From the NCBI GenBank assembly GCA_039794085.1, contig JBDIWC010000021.1:1-64000 (forward strand): a stretch of DNA of 64,000 nt, in the 5' to 3' direction. A model generated the notes under the pieces. That model ran no database searches. It was not told where the DNA came from and saw nothing but the letters and a program-made list of their open reading frames with translations. This DNA comes from Gemmatimonadales bacterium (lineage in GTDB: Bacteria; Gemmatimonadota; Gemmatimonadetes; Gemmatimonadales; GWC2-71-9). Of the stretch, positions 40,347-49,884 are shown one piece after another (positions within the stretch are counted from its first letter, which is position 1; each line of letters starts with the position of its first letter). Position numbers and translations under genes: made by a program.

Positions 40347-40831
40347 GCTCCGAACGCGGAGGAATCCTCCTCCTCGTGCTGATCCTCCTCCTCTTTCTCG
40401 AGGTCGGCATCGCGGCGGCCTTTGCCAGCGCCCTGGAGGGCCTTCGGGATGCGCGGAGGTACGCGGTTGCGCAGCGCGCCGAGTGGGCCACGGAGGAGGC
40501 GGTGGGTGACGTGATGGCCGGGTGGGATCCCCTCCTCAATTACGGAGTCACCTTCCCTCCCGGGAGTGTCCGCCAACTGGGGCCCTGGGTCTTGTCGAGC
40601 GGGGCCGGTGCGCGGGCGGAGATCCGGCGGGACGCGCGCGACCTCTACGCCGCCACGATCACCGTCGAGTCGGTCAGTTCGAGCGATACCGCACGCCGCA
40701 CCCTCACGGTCCTGCTTCGGATGCCCTTCTCCGATTCCCTGCTGGCCGCGCCGGACACGACGTCCCCTCCCCTTCTCGACGCCCTCCGTCCGGTGGAATT
40801 GGAGCACCGGGCGCGGTGGGCGTTTCAATGA
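40340..40831 (+). CDS. Short PilX-like minor pilin (set 1); start uncertain
   Basis: ERG|GILLLVL (no E5) and A..A.E.AV..V.A.WDP, shared with 43302-44501. Confidence 0.6.
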   Translation: MTGSERGGILLLVLILLLFLEVGIAAAFASALEGLRDARRYAVAQRAEWATEEAVGDVMAGWDPLLNYGVTFPPGSVRQLGPWVLSSGAGARAEIRRDARDLYAATITVESVSSSDTARRTLTVLLRMPFSDSLLAAPDTTSPPLLDALRPVELEHRARWAFQ

Positions 40832-41190
40832 TCAATGAACAGTGAACAATGAACAGTGAACAGTGAACAATGAACAATGAACAATGAACAACGGCGTGCA
40901 GCCTGAGTCTCGGCGTGCGTCATCCCGACCCTACACCCCGTCGGCTGCGTCGCCTGCGGCTGGTCTTTTCGCCTGCTATCGAAATCTCGACGACGGGAAG
41001 TACACCCGCCACCGTCTCAGCTCCCTCACTTTGTCCGGGATGACTCCGCCCACGGGATGGTACCGGTGGACCCCGGCGTCCGCCGGGGTGACGCTCCATA
41101 ACAGGCTCGGACCCCGGAACCCGGGCGAATGTCATTCGCCCCTACGGCATTCACCCCCTTCAAACTTCGAACTTCGAACTTCGAACTTCC
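40826..41190. repeat. TGAACAR heptamers (left), palindromic elements, TTCGAAC heptamers (right)
   Basis: Read directly. Confidence 0.88.
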
Positions 41191-41426
41191 GCCTTCCGCC
41201 CTTGCGCCTGTGGGCGATTGGTCTCACAATGGGAGGGGGTGTGGGGTGGGAGCCTGCGAATGGCGACCCCCGAGTGTTGGCATTTCGCGATGTCACATAA
41301 TTTGACACCACGGGGCCGGTCTGGAAGTGGTTGCGGTTGAACAGGTCTCGTGTCGCATTCGTCGACAGCCTCCATGGCTCGCCTCTTGCTGCTCTCCCCT
41401 CCCGATACCTGTTTCTCACTACGCCC

Positions 41427-41876
41427 ATGGAGGGCAGTGTGCCCGATTCCCGGGGTGGCTTCACCCTCATTGAAACCTTGCTCGCAGTGGTGATTCTGGG
41501 GATGCTGCTGGCCATCGTCGCGCCCCGGATCGGGGATGCGATGGTTCGGCGGGACGTGCGCAACACCCGGGTGGCCCTGGCGTCCCTCTACCAGCAGGCC
41601 CGTCTGGCCGCGATCCAGCGGGGCCAGGAGGCCAGGCTGCGGTTCGATGCGGACAGCGCCTGGATCATGGTGGGAACCGGGGTTGCCTCTACCCCGCTCG
41701 GCCTCGGGCGCGACATGAACGCTTTGTACGGCACAACGGTGACCACCTCGGACACGGCGATCAGGGTCATGCCGAGCGGTCTCCTGCCCGGGACGGCGAG
41801 CACGTACGTTCTGAAATTTGCCAAGCGCGGGGTTCGGGACAGCCTGGTGGTCAATGGCTACGGGAGAATCCAATGA
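41427..41876 (+). CDS. FimT/GspH-like minor pilin; GTG 41439 may be the start
   Basis: GG|FTLIETLLAVVIL, ARLAAIQRG, C-terminal GRIQ. Confidence 0.78.
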   Translation: MEGSVPDSRGGFTLIETLLAVVILGMLLAIVAPRIGDAMVRRDVRNTRVALASLYQQARLAAIQRGQEARLRFDADSAWIMVGTGVASTPLGLGRDMNALYGTTVTTSDTAIRVMPSGLLPGTASTYVLKFAKRGVRDSLVVNGYGRIQ

Positions 41877-42298
41877 GGAAAACCGATCATCCGGGCCGTC
41901 CACTGTTTCATGGCTCCCGAGCTCATGGCTCGAGTGGTTTCACCGTGGTCGAGGTCATGGTCGCGATCGTGATCCTGACCACCGGGATCTTCGCCCTGGC
42001 CGGGGCGTCCGCCATCGTGACCCGGACCATCGGGGGTGCCAAGTGGCAGACGACGGCATCGGAAGTGGCCCGGCAGCGGCTGGAGCGGCTCCGGATGGCG
42101 GCGAACAGCACGCCCGCGGCGTTGTGTACCTCGCCGCTGTTCACGAGTTCGGCCGGGCCGGTGACCACCCAGGGGATCCAGGAGGAGTGGGAGGTTCCGC
42201 CTAACGGCATCCTCCGGACGGTGCGGGTCATCACGAGCTACCGTGCCGCGGGCCGGGCCCGGGTCGACACCCTCGCCAGCCGCATTTCCTGTTTCTGA
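41873..42298 (+). CDS. Minor pilin, PilV-like (set 2)
   Basis: SG|FTVVEVMVAIVIL; A..RLERLR. Confidence 0.78.
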   Translation: MRKTDHPGRPLFHGSRAHGSSGFTVVEVMVAIVILTTGIFALAGASAIVTRTIGGAKWQTTASEVARQRLERLRMAANSTPAALCTSPLFTSSAGPVTTQGIQEEWEVPPNGILRTVRVITSYRAAGRARVDTLASRISCF

Positions 42299-42305
42299 GG
42301 CGCGC

Positions 42306-43187
42306 ATGAGAAACCAACGGGGATTGACGCTGATCGAACTGCTGGTGGCCGTGGTGCTCACGGCGGTCATCGGGCTCACCGTGGTCCGGATGCTCCAGAC
42401 GATGCAACGCAGCTCTACCGGGCAGTTGCAGCAGGTCGACATGCAGTCCAACGTGCGGTCGGGGGCGCTGGCCATCCCCACCGAACTGCGGGAGATCGGG
42501 TACGACAGTCTGATCGATTTTCTCCCGGCCGGAATCGACGCGATCGAGTCCGATCTGGAAGAGATCCAGGCCACCCGCGTTCGCTTCCGAGCCTCGCGCG
42601 GCATGGGCATCTACTGCGAGCTCGAACCGTCCGAGACGGTGCTCCGGGTCGCCAGGCCACTTTTCGCGCACCGCGACCCCGAGGACACCGACACTTTCCT
42701 CATATTCACCGAAAGGGAGAAGCTGATCAGCGCCGATGATCAGTGGCTTCCGCTTCCGGTGATCGGCATCGATCCCAACAGTAACTGCGCAGGTCGGCCC
42801 GCCATTGCGCTGACCACCACGAACAAGGTAAACACGGGCGTCGTCCTCCTTGGGGCGCCGGTGCGGTACTTCGAGCGGATGGAGTACGGGCTCATGGTCA
42901 CCGGGGGCCGGGCCTGGCTCGGCGCCAGGTCGCTCAGCAAGAACGAGGTGAATCTGACGCCGGTCCTTGGTCCCCTGCAGAATCCGGGAGGATTCAGTCT
43001 CCAGTACTTCGACAATGCGGGGAACCCCATCCCGGCGGGCGGGGATCCCCGGCTGGTGCGGCGGGTCCAGATCACCTTGAACGGCGAGACCGAAGGGCGA
43101 GTGAGTCTCGCCGGAGCGACTCAGTCACAACCGGCGGCATGGCGGCTGGTGACCCAGGTGACGCTCCGGAACACCCTGAGACAATGA
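42306..43187 (+). CDS. Minor pilin, PilW-like (set 2)
   Basis: RG|LTLIELLVAV; ELRE.G; C-terminal VTLRN. Confidence 0.8.
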   Translation: MRNQRGLTLIELLVAVVLTAVIGLTVVRMLQTMQRSSTGQLQQVDMQSNVRSGALAIPTELREIGYDSLIDFLPAGIDAIESDLEEIQATRVRFRASRGMGIYCELEPSETVLRVARPLFAHRDPEDTDTFLIFTEREKLISADDQWLPLPVIGIDPNSNCAGRPAIALTTTNKVNTGVVLLGAPVRYFERMEYGLMVTGGRAWLGARSLSKNEVNLTPVLGPLQNPGGFSLQYFDNAGNPIPAGGDPRLVRRVQITLNGETEGRVSLAGATQSQPAAWRLVTQVTLRNTLRQ

Positions 43188-43301
43188 GGTGATCAGGAAT
43201 TCTCTGACCAATCGTCATCCCCGCGCAAGCGGGGGGATCCATGTGAACGAGGGCTTGAGGATTCAGAGTTTCCCAGGACCCTGCAAGAGGAGGTCGGCTC
43301 C

Positions 43302-44501
43302 ATGAAGTACACTCGATCGGTTCGCAATGAGCGAGGGATGGCCCTGGCTCTGACCCTCTTTGCCCTGGTCATCATCGGGGTGCTCGTGGCCGGCTCCTTC
43401 TTCATCGGCCGGACCGAGCAACAGACCGGGAGCAACGTCATCTGGGCCGGGCAGGCACAGGAGGCCGCCGAGGCGGGGATCGCGCAGGTGATCGCCAACT
43501 GGGATCCGATCGTCTACAACGCGATGGTGCCCGGCACCGAACTCGACCTCCCCACGACCCAGCTCGATGCCGCGGGGTCGCCACTGGTGGTCTTCACCGA
43601 CACCCTCCAGCGGATCAACGAGGAGCTCTTTCTTCTCCGATCCACTGGTGAGCGGCGAACCCCGGGGGGCCAGGTGCTGAGCTCGGTCCGGCTGGGCCAG
43701 TTGATGCGGCTGGCCAAACCGACCTTCGCCGTGAACGCCGCGGTGACGGTGACCAAACCGATCAAACTCAACGGCAACGCGTTCAACGTCTCCGGGTTCA
43801 ACGACATCCCACCGCAGTGGGGCGTCGGGGAGTGTGCACCCCTGGACGCCGGTAACACGGACGATGTCGTCGGGATTCGAAGCGCCACGACGACAGGGAT
43901 CACCGGGAAGGACCTCGACAATGTGGAGGGATTCCCGTTCCCGGAGGCGACAAACGACACCACCATCACGTCCGCCACGTTCCAGAACTTTCTCGACTTC
44001 ACGTTCAACACGCTTGCCGGGCAGCCCGGGGCGAAAACCATTCCCGACGGTACCACGCTGGGTAGCGCGCAACCTGTGTTGGACCTGTCTATCCCCCCGG
44101 TGTGCGACAAGTCGAACGCGACCAATTTTGGTGAGCCGTGGCGCCCACCGTCCACCGTGGTGGTGGAATGTGAGAGCTACTTCCCTATTACTCACGCTCT
44201 CGGAGATGTTCACTTCTCCGGCGGGGGGCGTGGGCAAGGCGTGCTGCTCGTCAGCGGGGATCTCCAGATCTCGGGCAATTTCGAGTGGGTCGGTCTCATC
44301 ATCGTTCGCGGCAGGATGGATATTTCAGGTACCGGAAACAAGATCACCGGGGGAATCCTCACCGAGGGGGTCAATCTGACGACGACGGGAGCCTTCAGTG
44401 GCAACGTGGATATCAACTTCTCTTCCTGCGCCATCGCGAAGGCGGTCGGTGGGGCGTCGGTGGGGCAGCCGCTACGGCGGGGATGGAGCCAGTTGTTGTA
44501 G
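43302..44501 (+). CDS. PilX-like minor pilin with an extended C-terminal domain (set 2)
   Basis: ERG|MALALTLF, AQEAAEAGI, G.GVLLV.GDL.ISGNFEWVGLIIV; GAGGAGG RBS. Confidence 0.75.
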   Translation: MKYTRSVRNERGMALALTLFALVIIGVLVAGSFFIGRTEQQTGSNVIWAGQAQEAAEAGIAQVIANWDPIVYNAMVPGTELDLPTTQLDAAGSPLVVFTDTLQRINEELFLLRSTGERRTPGGQVLSSVRLGQLMRLAKPTFAVNAAVTVTKPIKLNGNAFNVSGFNDIPPQWGVGECAPLDAGNTDDVVGIRSATTTGITGKDLDNVEGFPFPEATNDTTITSATFQNFLDFTFNTLAGQPGAKTIPDGTTLGSAQPVLDLSIPPVCDKSNATNFGEPWRPPSTVVVECESYFPITHALGDVHFSGGGRGQGVLLVSGDLQISGNFEWVGLIIVRGRMDISGTGNKITGGILTEGVNLTTTGAFSGNVDINFSSCAIAKAVGGASVGQPLRRGWSQLL

Positions 44502-44514
44502 GGGAAGATGTTGC

Positions 44515-44905
44515 AGGGGAGAGTGGGAGTGGGGAGTGGGGAGTCGGGAGTAGGGAGTAGGGGACAGAAGGACATAGGACGAAGGACATAGGGGAGCAGG
44601 GGCCGGCGATCATGCTGTGCCACTGCTCCCTCGTGCTTGAGGGCCAAGGTAGGCGATGGGTGGTAGGCGGTAGGGAACAGCTGTCATTGCGAGGGCCCGC
44701 AGGGCCCGTGGCAATCCCGTAAGCCGATGTCGGCCTCACGAGACGCGAGATTGGCCATCCTGCCGGAGCCGAACTACTGGGGCCTGGAATGTCGTCCACG
44801 ATGGAGATGGACCCCGGCGTTCGCCGGGGTGACGATCCTGCTCGAGTACGAGGAGCAGCTCCCCTCTCCCGCGTGCGGGAGAGGGGCCGGGGGTGAGGGC
44901 CCCCC
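44515..44905. repeat. Repeat mosaic: GGGGAGT, TAGGACA and GGCGGTA heptamers, a TGTCATTGCGAG element, and a CCCCTCTCCC..GGGAGAGGGG hairpin
   Basis: Read directly. Confidence 0.85.
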
Positions 44906-45029
44906 TCGCAGACCACGAGATTCGTTGCGAACGTCCGCCACATGCCCTCCGGCGCAGGATTCTGCACCGGTCCGCGATTATGTGCTATGTTGTTTTCCAG
45001 GAATGATTTAGATTGGGTGCGCGGGGTGA

Positions 45030-45044
45030 TGGCATAGCGGTTGC
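45030..45044 (+). promoter_or_regulatory. Candidate sigma54 promoter upstream of pilM
   Basis: TGGCAT-N5-TTGC, preceded by an AT-rich tract. Confidence 0.55.
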
Positions 45045-45178
45045 CCACCATCGCACCAGTCCGCTGTCATAAATCCAAGGGTTCGCGAGGGAGCCCGCAG
45101 TGGGGAAGCCCCTCGCTCTGGGCAGTCAAGTTGTTGTTTGTAAAAGGTTTGCGTCACTATCTCACGAATTGCAGCAGG

Positions 45179-45207
45179 TTGACAAACCGTGTCGCGGGTG
45201 GTAGCGT
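45179..45207 (+). promoter_or_regulatory. Candidate sigma70 promoter of pilM
   Basis: TTGACA-N17-TAGCGT. Confidence 0.5.
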
Positions 45208-45249
45208 AGCTGCCATATCGCCTCACATCTCCATGGAAAACCGGGACCT

Positions 45250-46293
45250 ATGGCACTGTTCGGTCGCGCACGCACGACGGTGGGTCTGGACATCGGGAGC
45301 GGCCTCATCAAGCTCGCGGTGATCTCCCATGGTACCGGGGAGCCGATTCTCACCAAGGTGGCCTTTGCTCCGGTCGTGGATGATGCGATCGTCGAGGGAG
45401 AGGTCATGGATCCCGGCCTGGTCGCCGAGGCGATCCGGGGTCTCCTGGCCTCGGCGGACGTGAAGCCGAAGCACCTGGTGGTGGCCGTGGGAGGCCGCGA
45501 CGTGATCGTCAAGAAGATCACCATGGACCGGATGAAGGAGGCGGAGGCGCGGGATGTGATCCGCTGGGAGGCCGAGCAGCACGTCCCCTTCGATATGGAC
45601 AACGTGGAACTCGACTTCCAGATCCTCGATCCCGAGGGGGACGGGCTGCAGATGTCGGTGCTCCTGGTGGCCGCCAAGCGGGAACTGGTGGAGAACAAGA
45701 TGGCGCTACTGACCGAGGTGGGGTACCCGCCGACGGTGATCGACGTCGACTCGTTCGCGCTCCACAACGCATTTGAACTCAACTACCCCGACGGCATGTC
45801 GGGGATCGTGGGCCTGGTCAACATCGGGCACGAGGTCACCCACGTGAACATCATCGAGGGGGGAGTCCCGGTGCTCACCCGGGATCTGCCCGTGGGCACC
45901 CGCCGGTTCCGGGAGGATCTGCAGCGGGAGCGTGGGATGACGATGGAAGAGGCCGACCGGATGCTCCAGTCCTTCGACACCCACGAGGCGCTCACCCCCT
46001 TCCTGCAATCGAGGGGCGAGGAACTTGCCGTGGGGATCGAGCGGGCCGCGGCCTTCCTCCAGACGGCCAGCCGGTCGGCGGGGGGACTGAGCCGTCTCTA
46101 CCTGTCGGGTGGGGGCGCGCGGATTCCCGGCCTGTCGAAGATGCTGGCCGAGCGCCTGCGGCTTCCGGTGCAGGTGGCCAATCCGATGGAACGGCTTCGG
46201 GTGGCGGACGGGGTGTTCGACATGATCAATGTGGATGAAATCGCACCGCTTCTGATGCTGCCGGTGGGGCTGGCGCTTCGGGCGGCCGCGTAA
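45250..46293 (+). CDS. pilM: Type IV pilus assembly protein PilM
   Basis: VGLDIGS..IK, WEAEQHVPF, VLLVAAK, LSGGGA. Confidence 0.93.
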   Translation: MALFGRARTTVGLDIGSGLIKLAVISHGTGEPILTKVAFAPVVDDAIVEGEVMDPGLVAEAIRGLLASADVKPKHLVVAVGGRDVIVKKITMDRMKEAEARDVIRWEAEQHVPFDMDNVELDFQILDPEGDGLQMSVLLVAAKRELVENKMALLTEVGYPPTVIDVDSFALHNAFELNYPDGMSGIVGLVNIGHEVTHVNIIEGGVPVLTRDLPVGTRRFREDLQRERGMTMEEADRMLQSFDTHEALTPFLQSRGEELAVGIERAAAFLQTASRSAGGLSRLYLSGGGARIPGLSKMLAERLRLPVQVANPMERLRVADGVFDMINVDEIAPLLMLPVGLALRAAA

Positions 46294-46317
46294 CCATTCG
46301 AGAGGGACTGACGCATC

Positions 46318-47007
46318 GTGATTACGATCAACCTGCGACCTGGTCTCAAACGCTCCAAGCGGGGCGGCGGAGGTGGTGCCGGCCTGGCCGCGAGCTTCCA
46401 GTCGCTCGCCTCGAGTGTCAAGAACCCGCTCCCCCTGGCCGCCGCACTCGCCTGGGTGGCGGTGATCGGCTTTCTCGGCTGGACCTGGTTCAGTACCTCC
46501 TCCGCCCTGGGCACTCTTGAGCCGGAGCTCGAGCAGGTCCGCGCGGAGCACCAGCGCTATCGTGACTTCCTTTCCCAGAAGCAGCGGGAGGAAGTCATCC
46601 GGGACTCCATCCTGGCTCAGATCCGGACCATCCAGGCGATGGATGGCGACCGGTTCATCTGGCCCCATGTGCTCGACGAGGTGACGCGGGCCCTGCCGGC
46701 CTTCACCTGGATCACCAACGTCTCGGCCGTGGCGGGAGGGCTCCCCGACTCCATGGGAGTGCGTCCCCCGGTCCAGTTCGAGGTGACGGGCCGGACGGTC
46801 GACATCCAGGGCTATACCCGATTCCTCCGCCAGCTCGAAGAATCGCCGTTCCTGCAGAACGTGATGGCGGTGTCGGCGGAAACGGTGGTCGAAAGCAACC
46901 GTGCGGTGACCGCCTTCGTCATCCGCGCCACGCACACCAGCGCGGACTCGGCCTTCATCCGGGTGGTTCCGGTGCGCGAGTCCGTCGTGGAAACGGCGGT
47001 GAGGTAA
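46318..47007 (+). CDS. pilN: PilN
   Basis: N-terminal INL.P motif, TM, coiled coil, LEESPF. Confidence 0.85.
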   Translation: MITINLRPGLKRSKRGGGGGAGLAASFQSLASSVKNPLPLAAALAWVAVIGFLGWTWFSTSSALGTLEPELEQVRAEHQRYRDFLSQKQREEVIRDSILAQIRTIQAMDGDRFIWPHVLDEVTRALPAFTWITNVSAVAGGLPDSMGVRPPVQFEVTGRTVDIQGYTRFLRQLEESPFLQNVMAVSAETVVESNRAVTAFVIRATHTSADSAFIRVVPVRESVVETAVR

Positions 47008-47010
47008 ACC

Positions 47011-47637
47011 ATGGCATTCTACGACACTCCCGGCGGCAAGGCCGGAATCGCGATCGTCGGGGCGCTCCTGGTGGGGTACGTCGGGTACACCGGCGAGGTC
47101 ATCGGCACCCTGGGATTGCCGGGGTTGCAGGCTCGCGGGGAGCAGGTGCAGGTTCTGCGGGACTCGATCAGCACGCTTCAGGGACAGACCGATGCGGCGA
47201 AGCGCGAGCTCGCCCGCAGCTCGATCGAGGACATCCGGGCCCGGGTGGACCAGTACCGGTCCACGCTGACGGTGCTGCGGGAATTCGTCCCCGACGGCAA
47301 CGAGGTCCCCAATCTGCTCGATGCCATCAGCACCCGGGCCAAGATCCGCGGCGTCAACCTGTCGGAGTTCCGACCGCGCGCTGTGGAGCCGGGACCCACC
47401 CCGTTCGACACCTATGCCTATCAGATGGCGGTGATCGGCCGCTACGACCAGATCGGGGAGTTCCTGTCCGATGTGGCGAGTCTGCGGCGGATCATGGTCT
47501 CCGAGAATGTGAGCCTGAGCCGGGCCGCCGCCACCGAGGCCGCCGCTCTCGGCGACACCACCTCGGCGATGCTCGAAGCCACCTTCCAGATCAGGACCTA
47601 CGTCAAGTCGCCCGGAGGGAACCCCAATGGGTCGTAA
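47011..47637 (+). CDS. pilO: PilO
   Basis: P..NEVPNLL..I and G.Y.QIG.FL..VA.L.RI. Confidence 0.85.
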   Translation: MAFYDTPGGKAGIAIVGALLVGYVGYTGEVIGTLGLPGLQARGEQVQVLRDSISTLQGQTDAAKRELARSSIEDIRARVDQYRSTLTVLREFVPDGNEVPNLLDAISTRAKIRGVNLSEFRPRAVEPGPTPFDTYAYQMAVIGRYDQIGEFLSDVASLRRIMVSENVSLSRAAATEAAALGDTTSAMLEATFQIRTYVKSPGGNPNGS

Positions 47638-48103
47638 TGTGATCGCACCCGCCGCCCTGCTCCTCGCCTGTGGAGCGATGGCCTGCGGTGGCGGGACGGA
47701 TGAGGCGCCGGCCGCCGCGACTCCGGCGCCCCCCCCGGCGGAAACCGCCGCGCAGGCGCCCGACAGTGGAGGATCCGAAGGGTTGGTGCGGGAGGTCTTC
47801 TCCTACGCCGGTGGCTCCCGGGATCCGTTCGAGTCTCTGCTCTCCGCGGAGTCGTCGGGGCCGGAACTGCCCGACCTCACCCTGGTGGCCATCTACCTCG
47901 ATGAGCAGATGCCCCGGAACTCCGTGGCCGTCCTGCGGGAACGGCTCAACAACCGGCGGTACAATGTCCGGCCCGGCGATCAGCTCGGCCGTCTGCGGGT
48001 GCTCTCCATCGCCCGCAAAGATGTCACCTTCGTCCTCGATGATTTCGGGACCGAGCGGCAGGAAACCCTGTCTCTTCGCAAGCCGGAGGAAGTGAACCCA
48101 TGA
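47627..48103 (+). CDS. pilP: PilP-like lipoprotein
   Basis: Lipobox Cys, Y....RDPF, V..GD.LG; lies between pilO and pilQ. Confidence 0.65.
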   Translation: MGRNVIAPAALLLACGAMACGGGTDEAPAAATPAPPPAETAAQAPDSGGSEGLVREVFSYAGGSRDPFESLLSAESSGPELPDLTLVAIYLDEQMPRNSVAVLRERLNNRRYNVRPGDQLGRLRVLSIARKDVTFVLDDFGTERQETLSLRKPEEVNP

Positions 48104-49875
48104 AATCCGTTTCCCTGCTCCTGGCGCTCGGCCTCGCGGCCGTTGCGCCTCCCTCCCCCCATGGCACAGCACCCGACGGGGAGGTCCGCGCGGTGAGTCT
48201 GGTTGCGAGCCCCGGCCGGGCGGAACTCGTGGTCACGGTGTCCGGCGCGGTGTCGGTACGCGACCTCACGCTGCGGGATCCCGACCGGCTGGTCATCGAC
48301 GTCCACGGTGCGGTCCTCAACGCGATGGACACTCCGGCCTACGACGGGATCAACCGGGCGGGGGTGCGGAACGTGCGCCTGCGGCAGTTCGCCCCGGAAG
48401 TGGTGCGGATCGTTCTCGACCTCGACGCCCCGATGGAATACCGGGTGGCGCAGGAGGGGGACCTGATCCGGGTCACCTTCGGCACCGACGAGACCTTCCT
48501 GGCCTGGTCCACCATGGCCCCGGTCCGGATGGTGTCGGACCCCGCATCCCTGACGAGCACCGCGTCCGAAATCGAGCCCTACCTTCCGTCACCCGCGCCG
48601 AGGCCCCAGGCGCAGGAACCCCGGATCACCGTCTCCTGGGACAACGCCAACATCGCCGACGTGGTGGCCGGCTTCATGGCCCTGAGCGGCCGGTCGATCA
48701 TCCTCGGCAAGGGTGTCGGGACCGCCACCGTGACCGCCGAGATCCGCGACAAGCCGTGGACCCAGGCGTTCCAGGCGGTGCTTGCGGCCAACGGCCTCTC
48801 GGCGCAGGAGATGCCGGGCGGGATCATCCGGGTGGACAGCCCCGCCGCCCTCGCCGAAATCGACTCGCTGGAGCCGCTCGAGACCACCATCCTCCGGATC
48901 AACTACGCCCGGGCGGTCGAGATCGCCGCGTCGATCAGCGGGATCCTCACCGAGGGGAAGGGGAAGGCTGTGGCGGACACCGCGTCCAATTCCCTCATTC
49001 TGACCGACAAGCGGAACCGGATCGAGGAGATCGCCGAGTTCGTGAAGGGGCTCGACATCCGGACCCCGCAGGTGTCGATCCAGGCCAAGATCATCTTCGT
49101 GGACCGGACCGACATCACCCAGCTCGGACTCAAGTACGATCTGGGGAACGATTCGCAGTTCTTCAACAAGCTGGTGCAGCGCCAGGATCCGAACGGCGAG
49201 CCGGGTGAGACCTTCGATCCGAACACCAACATCGTCGATCTGGGTGGCAACACCGTGTCGGCCATCGCCAATGCGGATGCCATCATCAATGGCTCGGCTC
49301 TCGATCTGGTCTTCTCCACCGCCATCGGCGGGTTCAGCCTGACCAGCTTCCTCAGCGCCCTCGAACGGGTCGAGCTCTCGGACATCCAGGCCGAGCCGGT
49401 CATCACGGCACTCGACAACCGTCGGGCCAAGATCCTGGTGGGTGAGGAGATCCCGGTGCGTATCATCGACCTGAGCTCCACCGGAACCGGGGCCAACACT
49501 CCGCGGTCCACGGTGCAGTTCAAGGAAACCGGCATCTCGCTCACCGTGACGCCGCACGTCACGAACAACCGCGAGATTCTGATGAACCTGGTGACCGAAC
49601 GCTCCGCCATTCAGCCGCTCGCGGCCGCGGACCTCGGCTTCACCATCACCAAGCAGTCCTCGGAAAACCAGCTTCTCGTCAAGGACGGCGAGACGGCGGT
49701 GATCGGTGGGCTCACGGTCACCACCGTGTCGCGCACCCGGAACGGGATCCCGATCCTTGGGAGCCTGCCGCTGATCGGCAGCCTGTTCAGCTTCACCAAC
49801 GACACCGAGAACCGCCGGGACCTCATCATCCTGGTGACGCCGCGCATCATCGACGACGGCGCCACGAGCAACTGA
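48100..49875 (+). CDS. pilQ: Type IV pilus secretin with AMIN domain
   Basis: PDRLVID, PQVSIQAKI, GISLTVTP, DGETAVIGG, LIILVTPRII. Confidence 0.92.
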   Translation: MKSVSLLLALGLAAVAPPSPHGTAPDGEVRAVSLVASPGRAELVVTVSGAVSVRDLTLRDPDRLVIDVHGAVLNAMDTPAYDGINRAGVRNVRLRQFAPEVVRIVLDLDAPMEYRVAQEGDLIRVTFGTDETFLAWSTMAPVRMVSDPASLTSTASEIEPYLPSPAPRPQAQEPRITVSWDNANIADVVAGFMALSGRSIILGKGVGTATVTAEIRDKPWTQAFQAVLAANGLSAQEMPGGIIRVDSPAALAEIDSLEPLETTILRINYARAVEIAASISGILTEGKGKAVADTASNSLILTDKRNRIEEIAEFVKGLDIRTPQVSIQAKIIFVDRTDITQLGLKYDLGNDSQFFNKLVQRQDPNGEPGETFDPNTNIVDLGGNTVSAIANADAIINGSALDLVFSTAIGGFSLTSFLSALERVELSDIQAEPVITALDNRRAKILVGEEIPVRIIDLSSTGTGANTPRSTVQFKETGISLTVTPHVTNNREILMNLVTERSAIQPLAAADLGFTITKQSSENQLLVKDGETAVIGGLTVTTVSRTRNGIPILGSLPLIGSLFSFTNDTENRRDLIILVTPRIIDDGATSN

Positions 49876-49884
49876 TTTCTTCCC

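Noticed and set aside
44975..45160. AT-rich tracts as a dif site or origin
   Set aside because: No XerC/XerD box match or DnaA-box cluster; better explained as pilM promoter or IHF region.
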